A stretch of 64,000 bases of DNA. Source: Candidatus Parcubacteria bacterium. GTDB taxonomy: Bacteria > Patescibacteriota > Minisyncoccia > UBA6257 > HR35. Each line of letters starts with the position of its first letter. The stretch's first letter is position 1. Shown here one piece after another: positions 32,297 through 43,076 of the stretch. A model generated the notes under the pieces. It was given only the letters and a program-made list of their open reading frames with translations, made no database searches and was not told the DNA's origin. Position numbers and translations under genes: made by a program. Location of the stretch: contig AP024681.1 of assembly GCA_025999335.1 (NCBI GenBank), positions 227,656 through 291,655 on the forward strand, given 5' to 3'.

Positions 32297-32792
32297 ACAA
32301 TTAATAATTTTTAATTTTATGACAATAAATAATCAAAAACATAAAGCACAAGTTTTACTCATCACCATCTTTATTCTAACCATTGCTTTAGTCGGTATGT
32401 TTTTTATTTTAAATCCAATAAAAATAAAGTTATTATCAATTCAAAATTTCGCCAATACCTATAAAGCCTACAATAATGCAATTAGCGGCTTAAATCTATA
32501 CACTCTGTGTATAAGTAGTGACGAAACATCAATGGAAAACTCTAGTGCTTGCGTTAATTTTATGTCTATCATAGAAACTTCAACAATAAATAATACTAGT
32601 TATTGTTACGAAAGCTACCTAAATAGCGGAACTTGCACAACCGCAACTATTCGCAGTACAGGAACTGATACTGATTTAAAATTTGAAATAAATGTTTACA
32701 AAATGCAAATCGTTTCTACTCGTACTATTTATAGACTTAGCTCAGGTGAATATAAGAATAACATAAAAAATATTCTTGAATACATAGAATAA
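32289..32792 (+). CDS. PilX-like minor pilin
   Basis: KA|QVLLITIFIL lacking E5; AY.NA.SG; last in cluster. Confidence 0.6.
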   Translation: MNKQLIIFNFMTINNQKHKAQVLLITIFILTIALVGMFFILNPIKIKLLSIQNFANTYKAYNNAISGLNLYTLCISSDETSMENSSACVNFMSIIETSTINNTSYCYESYLNSGTCTTATIRSTGTDTDLKFEINVYKMQIVSTRTIYRLSSGEYKNNIKNILEYIE

Positions 32793-32922
32793 ATATTATT
32801 CATTAATTCTATTGTCTAATTACAAATAAGTTTTTTCTTAAGCATAAAATTGAGTAAAATATTAAAAAGCAAAGTTTTTTAGCTTGGTTTTATTATTATT
32901 ATTGAATTAATCAAATTAATAA

Positions 32923-35007
<2,085 letters not shown>

Positions 35008-35014
35008 TCTATCA

Positions 35015-35254
35015 ATGAAAGAAAATAAAACATTCCGCTATTCATCTTACGATATTGAACAATTGCAAAAAAGTTATGAGAATTTAAAAAAACTGCAAGC
35101 TTTAGCTCGAAAATATTGGCAACAAAAACAATACGAACAATATAAAAAAACACAACAAGAAATAGCCTTGCTTGAAGAAAGCATAAAAATCAAGGAAAAA
35201 TTAATTGAACAATATTTAAAAAATGCAGGAAAGAAAAAAGATCGAAACAATTAG
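35015..35254 (+). CDS. hypothetical coiled-coil protein
   Basis: 79-aa ORF tightly packed between ligA and rbfA. Confidence 0.5.
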   Translation: MKENKTFRYSSYDIEQLQKSYENLKKLQALARKYWQQKQYEQYKKTQQEIALLEESIKIKEKLIEQYLKNAGKKKDRNN

Positions 35255-35570
35255 ACGTCTTTCCGAAATCCTTAATAAAGTTAACAATCACAAAAATACT
35301 ATTATTACTATCACTGATATAATTATGCCTTCTAAAGGCGGAGTAATGACAATATATCTTAGCGTTTTTCCTGATAAAAATGAATTAAAAATTATTCAAT
35401 ATTTAAATGCCATAAATTTTAAAATTAAAAAAGAATGCTTAGCCACAATTCGCTTTCGTCATTTACCGCGAAAAATAATTTTTAAAACATCAAAAAGCAT
35501 TAAAGAAGGCGAGGAATTATTAAAATTAATCAATAATTTATCAATCAATGAACAAACAAAACAAACCTAA
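35223..35570 (+). CDS. rbfA: ribosome-binding factor A (divergent)
   Basis: IITITDI......IYLSVFP...IRFRHLPRKIIF. Confidence 0.7.
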   Translation: MQERKKIETIRRLSEILNKVNNHKNTIITITDIIMPSKGGVMTIYLSVFPDKNELKIIQYLNAINFKIKKECLATIRFRHLPRKIIFKTSKSIKEGEELLKLINNLSINEQTKQT

Positions 35571-35880
35571 AAGAAAAATAATTAGAAAAAAACAACACGG
35601 CGAAAAAATTGAAAAAATCGCTTGCGAATTATTAAAAAACTACAAATATTTAGTTTGGAAACCAATTCGCGTTAAATTTCATTCGCAAGATATTTTCGGC
35701 TTGTTTGATATTATTGCTTTAAATAAAAAAGAATTAAAATTAATTCAAGTACAAAAAGATAGAAAAAGACCTTATAAAATAAAGCAAATTTTTAAACTTC
35801 CCCAACCAAAAAAAATTAAATATGAGCTCTGGGTTTACAAAACCAATGAAAAAAAATTTAAAATTTATGATAAAATATAA
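35548..35880 (+). CDS. small PD-(D/E)XK-like nuclease (Hjc/YraN-like)
   Basis: G..IE..A..LL, DIFGLFDIIAL, LIQV. Confidence 0.55.
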   Translation: MNKQNKPKRKIIRKKQHGEKIEKIACELLKNYKYLVWKPIRVKFHSQDIFGLFDIIALNKKELKLIQVQKDRKRPYKIKQIFKLPQPKKIKYELWVYKTNEKKFKIYDKI

Positions 35881-35906
35881 AGTAAATTAATTTTCCTAAA
35901 TCAACA

Positions 35907-36263
35907 ATGACACATTTGTTAATTCAAAAAATAGAAAAAAAATATTTAAGAACAGACTTACCAGAAGTAGCGCCGGGCGATTATGTAAAAATCTGGCAAA
36001 AAATTAAAGACGCCAAAAAAGAAACCTTGCAAACTTTTCAAGGTATTATTATTGCTATCAAAGGAGGCAAAGGCGTTCGAAGAATGATAACTGTCAGAGG
36101 TGAGGCTGCTGGGCAAATGATTGAAAAAACTTATCCCTTTCATTCGCCTATTATTGATAAAATAAAGATCTTAAAAAAAGCTAAAACAAGAAGAGCGAAA
36201 TTATATTTTATTCGTAAATTACATCCTAAAGAAATACGCCGTAAACTAAAAATCACTATCTAA
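35907..36263 (+). CDS. rplS: 50S ribosomal protein bL19
   Basis: PGDYV, QTFQG.II, TVR, RRAKLYFIR. Confidence 0.95.
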   Translation: MTHLLIQKIEKKYLRTDLPEVAPGDYVKIWQKIKDAKKETLQTFQGIIIAIKGGKGVRRMITVRGEAAGQMIEKTYPFHSPIIDKIKILKKAKTRRAKLYFIRKLHPKEIRRKLKITI

Positions 36264-36943
36264 ATTTCTATTTTAAAATTTTTTAGAAAAGATAAACGGT
36301 GAATTTTGCTTATTCCCCATCGTTGTAATAAACAATAGTGCTCCTTTGTGCCATAACCTTTATTTTTTTCAAAAGCATAAAAAGGATATTTTTTGGCAAG
36401 ATTAATCATATATCGATCTCTTTTAACTTTAGCTAAAATTGAAGCACCGGCAATAGAACAAAAGCGCTGATCTCCTTTAGTATAATAAAAGGCATTTTTT
36501 AGATGTAAATTTTTAATCTTTAAACCATCAATTAATAAAATTTGAGGCTGAAAATAATTATAAATCTTTATTATTGCTTTAGTAAAAGCATTTTGGATAC
36601 CATATTTATCAATAATTTGATTATTAACCGAATATGTCTTATAGGGCAGTTTATATTTTTTAATTAAGCTAACAAAATAAAGACGTTGTTGTTGCGTTAA
36701 CAACTTCGAATCAAAAAAATAAATTTTGTGTTTTCTTAAAACTTTAATAACTGTTTTATCTATCATTAAACCACCCACAACCAAAGGTCCAGCAATAGCT
36801 CCCCTGCCAACTTCATCAATGGCAACTAAATTGTAAAAATTTTTATTCAAAAAATATTTTTCCCCAAGCCATAAAATTGTTTTTAAATTTTTCTTGGGTA
36901 AAATTTTAAAGATATGGAAAATTTTGTTCATTTGCATACCCAT
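36260..36943 (-). CDS. rnhB: ribonuclease HII (start uncertain)
   Basis: IDEVGRG..AGP, DSK, IDG, KGD, ASILAKV.RD, KGYGT.EH. Confidence 0.93.
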   Translation of the reverse strand: MGMQMNKIFHIFKILPKKNLKTILWLGEKYFLNKNFYNLVAIDEVGRGAIAGPLVVGGLMIDKTVIKVLRKHKIYFFDSKLLTQQQRLYFVSLIKKYKLPYKTYSVNNQIIDKYGIQNAFTKAIIKIYNYFQPQILLIDGLKIKNLHLKNAFYYTKGDQRFCSIAGASILAKVKRDRYMINLAKKYPFYAFEKNKGYGTKEHYCLLQRWGISKIHRLSFLKNFKIEI

Positions 36944-39900
36944 TCACATTATAGCTTATTAGATGGATTGTCCAAAATTGATGGTTTGATTAATAAAGCC
37001 AAGGAATGTGGATACGAAGCTCTAGCTCTTACTGATCATGGCAATTTGTATGGTGCCATTGAATTCTATAAAAAAGCTAAAAAAAATAATCTCAAGCCAA
37101 TCATTGGTGTTGAGATGTATCTAGCGCCTTATAAATTAACTGACAAAGAGAAAAAAATAGATTCTCGCAGTTTTCACTTAACAATTCTAGCTAAAAACAA
37201 TGAGGGCTACAAAAACCTTTTAAAATTAGTCTCAATCGCTTGGCTCGAAGGCTTTTATTACAAACCACGAATTGATAAAGAAACCCTAAGACAATATAGC
37301 CAAGGTTTAATATGTTTATCGGGTTGTCCCAGCGGTGAAATTCCAAGATTAATTTTAAATAACAAATATGAAGAAAGTAAAAAAGTAGCTCTATTCTTTA
37401 AAACAATATTTAACGATGATTTCTATTTGGAAGTAAATTATCACCCCAATTTAGAAAATGCTAAAAAACTAAAAGATGGTTTATTACGCTTAAGCAAAGA
37501 AACAAACATTCCCTTGGTAGCAACGTATGATAGCCATTATTTAAATCATGAAGACAATAAAATTCATGATATTTTCTTAGCCATTCAAACAGGCAAAGAT
37601 ATTGAAGAAACGGAAAGATTAACAATGAAAGATGATGATTTTTCTTTTGCTGACAAAGATACAATTAATAAACTGTATGCTGATATTCCTGAAGCTATGC
37701 GTAATACCGTCAAAATTGCTGAACAAGTGTCTTTAGAAATAGAATTGAACAAACCTAAAATGCCTTTTTATCCATTGCCTGACAATGAAACTGCAGATTC
37801 TTATCTAAAAAAATTGTGCTTAAGTGGAATAAATAAAAGAAATATAACAATGGATGATAATGTTAAACAAAGATTAGAAACGGAATTAAAAATTATTGAA
37901 ATAACCAAATTTGCTTCCTATTTTTTGGTTGTTAGCGATATTGTTAATTTTGCTAAAAATAATAATTTGTCTGTTGGTCCGGGCAGGGGTTCTGTTTCTG
38001 GAAGTTTAGTAGCTTATTTACTTAATATTACCGATATTAACCCTCTAAAATATGGCTTGCTATTTGAACGTTTTTTAACTCCTGACAGGATTGAATTCCC
38101 CGATATTGACATTGATTTCTCTGACACAAAAAGAAGCCAAGTCTTTAATTATCTTAAAAATAAATATGGCAAAGACAAAGTAGCGCAAATTATTACTTTT
38201 GGAAAAATGGCATCAAGGGCAGCTGTTCGCGATGCTGGCAGAGCTTTAGGTTACTCTTTTAGCGTTGTTGATAAATTAGCGAGATTAATACCTGCAAATA
38301 TGCCTTTAAACGAAGCTAAAAAATTAAATGATGTGACAAAATTATTAAAAAATGAACCTTTCTATAAGCAAATTATTGAAACCGCCGAAAAATTAGAAGG
38401 CACAATAAGACACGCTTCAGTTCATGCCTGTGGTTTAGTTATCACGCCTACTACTTTAACAGATTACTTACCTCTTCAATTTGCTCCTAATGAAACTCAA
38501 ACAATCATCTCTCAATATGATATGTACTCTGTCAATGAATTAGGTTTATTAAAAATGGATATTCTGGGTTTAAAAACTCTTTCAATTATTGAAGATACAA
38601 AAAGAATTATTTACGAACGCAAACAAGAAAATGTTAATTTTAATGATGAATTTAATGATAAAGCTACTTTTGATTTATTAAAAAAAGGCTATACTAAAGG
38701 TATTTTTCAATTAGAAGGTAGAGGTATGACACGTTATTTACAACAAATCCAACCAGAAAGAATTGAAGATTTAGTCAGTTTGATTGCTTTATATCGTCCT
38801 GGTCCTATGGAACTAATACCTTCCTATATTCGCAGAAAACAAGGCAAAGAAAAAATAGAATATCCTCATCCTTCACTAGAACCAATTCTCAAAGAAACCT
38901 TTGGCATAATGGTCTACCAAGAACAGTTAATGCAAATGGCTCAAAAATTAGCTAACTATTCTCCCACAGAAGCTGATGTTTTACGCAAAGCTGTAGGAAA
39001 AAAAATAAAACAATTATTGATTAATGAAATAAATAAATTAAAAACAAAAATGATTGATAATGGTATTGATCAAAAAACAGCTGAACAAATAGCCAATTTA
39101 GTTGAACCCTTTGCAAGATATGGTTTTAACAAAAGTCACGCTGTTGCCTATGCCATAATGGGTTATTACACAGCTTATCTAAAAACACATTATACTATTG
39201 AATTTATAACTGCTTGTTTAATTCACAATGCTAAAGATATTGATAAAATTAAATCTTTTCTTGATGATTGTAAAAATTATGGGATTAATATTTTACCGCC
39301 AAGCATTAATGAAAGCAATTATCATTTTACTATTATTAATGATAAGACTATTAGATTTGGTTTAGGTTCTATAAAAAATGTCGGCGAACCTTTGATTAAA
39401 TTTATTGAACAAGAAAGAAAAAATAACGGACCTTATAAAAATTTACTTGATTTTATAAATAGAATTAAATTTAAAGATCTCAACAAAAAAAGTTTAGAAA
39501 GCTTAATCAAAGCAGGCGCCTTTGACGATTTCTATCCCCGACAATTATTAATAGCCAATTTAGATTATATAATTGATTTTATCCAAAAAAATAAAAACAT
39601 TAATCATCACAATTCTTTATTCGGCGTGCAAAATGATTTATCTTTAAAAGAAACAAAGCCCATCGATAAATTACAAATATTACAATGGGAAAAAGAATTG
39701 TTAGGCTTATACATTTCCGGACATCCGTTTGAAAATTTTCAAAATATATTTAAACATAACGGCGTAAAAAATATAAACGAAGTCCGCAATGCTCTAGAAG
39801 GAACGAAAATTGCAACAGCTGGAGTTTTAACAAATCTTGTTAGAAAAATAACTAAAGCAAAAGAACCTATAGCTTACGGAGAATTAGAAGATTTAAATAG

Positions 39901-40102
39901 TAACATTGAGATTGTTTTTTTCCCTAAAATCTATGAACAATATTTTGATAAACTAACCGAAGGTAAAATATACTATATTGTTGGCACTGTGCGACAGCGA
40001 GATAATAAAAGCGTAATTTTCGTTGATTTAGCTAAAGACATAACCAATATGCGTCATAATAATAAAAATGTCAACTCGCAAACATCGGTAAAATTACAAT
40101 AA
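36914..40102 (+). CDS. dnaE: DNA polymerase III alpha subunit
   Basis: HLHTHSHYSLLDG PHP domain, GPGRGS, PDIDID, YGFNKSH. Confidence 0.97.
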   Translation: MENFVHLHTHSHYSLLDGLSKIDGLINKAKECGYEALALTDHGNLYGAIEFYKKAKKNNLKPIIGVEMYLAPYKLTDKEKKIDSRSFHLTILAKNNEGYKNLLKLVSIAWLEGFYYKPRIDKETLRQYSQGLICLSGCPSGEIPRLILNNKYEESKKVALFFKTIFNDDFYLEVNYHPNLENAKKLKDGLLRLSKETNIPLVATYDSHYLNHEDNKIHDIFLAIQTGKDIEETERLTMKDDDFSFADKDTINKLYADIPEAMRNTVKIAEQVSLEIELNKPKMPFYPLPDNETADSYLKKLCLSGINKRNITMDDNVKQRLETELKIIEITKFASYFLVVSDIVNFAKNNNLSVGPGRGSVSGSLVAYLLNITDINPLKYGLLFERFLTPDRIEFPDIDIDFSDTKRSQVFNYLKNKYGKDKVAQIITFGKMASRAAVRDAGRALGYSFSVVDKLARLIPANMPLNEAKKLNDVTKLLKNEPFYKQIIETAEKLEGTIRHASVHACGLVITPTTLTDYLPLQFAPNETQTIISQYDMYSVNELGLLKMDILGLKTLSIIEDTKRIIYERKQENVNFNDEFNDKATFDLLKKGYTKGIFQLEGRGMTRYLQQIQPERIEDLVSLIALYRPGPMELIPSYIRRKQGKEKIEYPHPSLEPILKETFGIMVYQEQLMQMAQKLANYSPTEADVLRKAVGKKIKQLLINEINKLKTKMIDNGIDQKTAEQIANLVEPFARYGFNKSHAVAYAIMGYYTAYLKTHYTIEFITACLIHNAKDIDKIKSFLDDCKNYGINILPPSINESNYHFTIINDKTIRFGLGSIKNVGEPLIKFIEQERKNNGPYKNLLDFINRIKFKDLNKKSLESLIKAGAFDDFYPRQLLIANLDYIIDFIQKNKNINHHNSLFGVQNDLSLKETKPIDKLQILQWEKELLGLYISGHPFENFQNIFKHNGVKNINEVRNALEGTKIATAGVLTNLVRKITKAKEPIAYGELEDLNSNIEIVFFPKIYEQYFDKLTEGKIYYIVGTVRQRDNKSVIFVDLAKDITNMRHNNKNVNSQTSVKLQ

Positions 40103-40106
40103 TTAA

Positions 40107-40649
40107 ATGCGTCTTTTTCTTGCTTTTGATTTAGACCAAAAAGACAAAGATCGACTAAAACTTACTCTTCATAAAATAAAAAAAGATTTTCCTTTAGAAA
40201 AATGGATCCCTGAAGAAAATTGGCATTTAACTTTAGCTTTTTTAGGTAATATTTACGATGATGAAACTATTAAGCAATTAGCATCATTATTGCAAATTGT
40301 ATCAAAAAAACAACCAACAATTACCACTACTATCTATAAAATTGATTTTGCCCCACCGCAAACTATCGTCAAAAGAATGATATGGGCATATCTTAAAAAC
40401 ACTGAAGAATTAGAGAATATATACCAAAAGATTAAAACCTCTTTAAACAAGATGAACATTCAACAAATAAGTCAGAATAATTTTCTACCTCATATCAATC
40501 TTGTGCGTTTACAAAAAACTTATAAAAATAAACAATTAAATCAGCAAACTAATATTAACATTACCCTTCAAACAATAACTCTTTATCAATCAATTCTCAG
40601 ACCTGAAGGAGCTAAATATGTACCCTTAAGCTCTGCAAAATTAAATTAA
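40107..40649 (+). CDS. thpR: RNA 2',3'-cyclic phosphodiesterase (2H family)
   Basis: MRLFLA, HLTL and PHINL 2H motifs. Confidence 0.85.
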   Translation: MRLFLAFDLDQKDKDRLKLTLHKIKKDFPLEKWIPEENWHLTLAFLGNIYDDETIKQLASLLQIVSKKQPTITTTIYKIDFAPPQTIVKRMIWAYLKNTEELENIYQKIKTSLNKMNIQQISQNNFLPHINLVRLQKTYKNKQLNQQTNINITLQTITLYQSILRPEGAKYVPLSSAKLN

Positions 40650-41776
40650 AAATGTTTCACTGTTTTAAGTGAATAAATTTTATCTTCGAAACTTTGAATC
40701 TCAGAAAAAATTTTATTTTCAAGCTTAATAACTTCATTAATTTTTGCTTTAGTTTTAACTTTTCTAGGGGTAAACAAATTACAACAATCATCGCCTTTTA
40801 TTAAAGAAATTTGCCCCGTACCAATTTTAAATGCTAAATCAATAATTTCTTGTTTATTGTAACCAATTAAAGGTCGAAGAACCAAAGCAGAGCTTGCTTG
40901 ACTAATAACTGATAAATTATCAATTGTCTGAGAGGCAACTTGACCCAAACTTTCACCGGTAATTAAAACATTCATTTTTAAATCGTGCATTAATCTTAAA
41001 GCTAAACGCATCATTGTTCGCCGATAAAAAATAATTAAAAATTCCAAAGGTATGTTTTGATAATAAAATTTTTGAATCTCTAAAATATTCATTAAAAACA
41101 AAGAAGAGCGTAAATTATATTGATTTAAAACAGTTACCAATTGTTCAACTTTTTCTAAACTATCCTTAGATGTTTGTGGATAACTATGAAAGTGGATAAA
41201 ATTTAATCTTAAACCTCGTTTCATCATTAAAAAAGATGCTACTGGCGAATCAAAACCAGCAGACAAAAGAGCTAAGCCTTTACCACTTGAACCTACAGGC
41301 AAACCCCCGAAACATTTATATTTCTGAAAACCTAAAAAAAATTTATTAGAACGATATTCGATAAAAAAAACATTACTGCTAGCCTTATTGAAAACTATAT
41401 TTCTTGTTTTTTTTAAATTGCCAATAATTTCATTTTTAATCTCTATGGAGTTTAAATGATATTGTTTGTTACCACGTTTAACCTCAAGATAAAAATCAAC
41501 ATAATTAGCTAACATTTTTTCTAAACCAGCAATTAGATCAGACAAATTATCAAAAATAAGCACAGGCATAAAGTAATTAATGCCGATAATATCTTTTAAT
41601 AAATTAGAAATGTCTTTTTTAGCTCTTAACCAAAAAACACCTCCTAAATTTTTTATAAAATCTATATTATCTTTTTTAAGCTTATAAAAGAGATTTGATA
41701 ATAATATTTTCTCAAAAAAAGATCTGTTTTTCCCTTTTAAAATAAGTTCACCGCTTTTAAGTAAATAATCAAACAT
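40646..41776 (-). CDS. thiI: tRNA 4-thiouridine synthase (no rhodanese domain)
   Basis: ELILKGKNR, THUMP domain, LLSAGFDSPVA, TGESLGQVASQT. Confidence 0.92.
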   Translation of the reverse strand: MFDYLLKSGELILKGKNRSFFEKILLSNLFYKLKKDNIDFIKNLGGVFWLRAKKDISNLLKDIIGINYFMPVLIFDNLSDLIAGLEKMLANYVDFYLEVKRGNKQYHLNSIEIKNEIIGNLKKTRNIVFNKASSNVFFIEYRSNKFFLGFQKYKCFGGLPVGSSGKGLALLSAGFDSPVASFLMMKRGLRLNFIHFHSYPQTSKDSLEKVEQLVTVLNQYNLRSSLFLMNILEIQKFYYQNIPLEFLIIFYRRTMMRLALRLMHDLKMNVLITGESLGQVASQTIDNLSVISQASSALVLRPLIGYNKQEIIDLAFKIGTGQISLIKGDDCCNLFTPRKVKTKAKINEVIKLENKIFSEIQSFEDKIYSLKTVKHF

Positions 41777-41785
41777 CGGTTATTA

Positions 41786-43066
41786 TTATAAATTTGTGAT
41801 TAATTTTTCTCGTAAAGACCTATGATATTTTAAAGCTAAATTATGAGCTTTTTTGTCAAGAAGAATAAAAAAATTACGTAAATCAACATTGTCTTTTAAT
41901 AATAATGATTGTAAATGATTATCTTTATAAAAATAAATAATCTCTTTTGGTTTAGCCAAAGATATTACTTGAAGACGATCCATAAGATTCTTTTCGTTAA
42001 CAGCTTGACGAGCTTTGTTTAATTGATCAATGCCACCGTCTATAAGAATAAGATCCGGATATCCCCATTCTTTATGAGCTAATCTTCGCAAAACTACATA
42101 ATAAATGCTTAAAGCATCGTAAACTTTTGTCAAATTGATTTTAAATTTTCTTAATAGATTAGACTTATAAAAACCATCGATAAAAGTAACAAAAGCAGCT
42201 ACAGTGTCTTTGCCAGCAAAATGAGAAACATCAACAACTTCAATATGGCGAGGAAAATTGGTTATGCCTAAAACATTTTTTATCTTAAGTAAAATTTTAT
42301 AATTTTGGTGTTCTGCTAAAAGACTATCAGCGTCTTTAATAAAATTAATATTATTTTCTATCTTTTTTAAAGATAAATAAATTTTTTTTAATTGATAAGC
42401 TTTTTCTAAGTCATTAACCTTAAGCTTTAGATCAATTTCTTTTAAAATTTTTTTCTTTAAAAACTCCAATCTACCATTTAAAACATTTTTAATCATCTTT
42501 AAATAAAAGAAATATAATTTTTTATTATTTTTATTAATTTCTTTAGTTTTGCCAAAACAACAAAAACCCAAACATAAACCTAAAGAAGCATTTAAACATT
42601 GACGTTGATGTTGATTAAGACAAGTACAAAAAGGAATTTCAGTCCTTATTAACTTTAATAAAGCCCTTAAAGAACTACCATCAATAAAAGGACCGAAAAT
42701 AGAGGAATAACGCCATTTTTCTGGTTGATGAACAATAAGAATTTTGGGATATAAATCATCTGTAAAAATAACATAAAAATACTTAGAATCATCTTTTAAT
42801 AATTGATTATAAACAGGATTAAATTTTTTAATAAGAGCACTTTCTTTTAAAAAAGCTTCAAATTCATTTTTAGTTACCAAATATTCTAAATCACAACTTT
42901 CGTTTAATAATTTAATAATTTTAGGAGATTTTGTTTGATAATGTTGTTTAATGCGTTTACGAATATTTTTTGCTTTACCAATATAAAGCACTTTACCTTG
43001 TTGATCTTTAAAAATATAAACGCCACAATTTTCTGGTAATTTTTGCCAATTTATTTGACTAATCAT
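41786..43066 (-). CDS. uvrC: excinuclease ABC subunit C lacking C-terminal HhH
   Basis: GVY..LYIGKAKN GIY-YIG, DVSH, PDLILIDGG, LAK. Confidence 0.85.
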   Translation of the reverse strand: MISQINWQKLPENCGVYIFKDQQGKVLYIGKAKNIRKRIKQHYQTKSPKIIKLLNESCDLEYLVTKNEFEAFLKESALIKKFNPVYNQLLKDDSKYFYVIFTDDLYPKILIVHQPEKWRYSSIFGPFIDGSSLRALLKLIRTEIPFCTCLNQHQRQCLNASLGLCLGFCCFGKTKEINKNNKKLYFFYLKMIKNVLNGRLEFLKKKILKEIDLKLKVNDLEKAYQLKKIYLSLKKIENNINFIKDADSLLAEHQNYKILLKIKNVLGITNFPRHIEVVDVSHFAGKDTVAAFVTFIDGFYKSNLLRKFKINLTKVYDALSIYYVVLRRLAHKEWGYPDLILIDGGIDQLNKARQAVNEKNLMDRLQVISLAKPKEIIYFYKDNHLQSLLLKDNVDLRNFFILLDKKAHNLALKYHRSLREKLITNL

Positions 43067-43076
43067 TTTATAGAGA

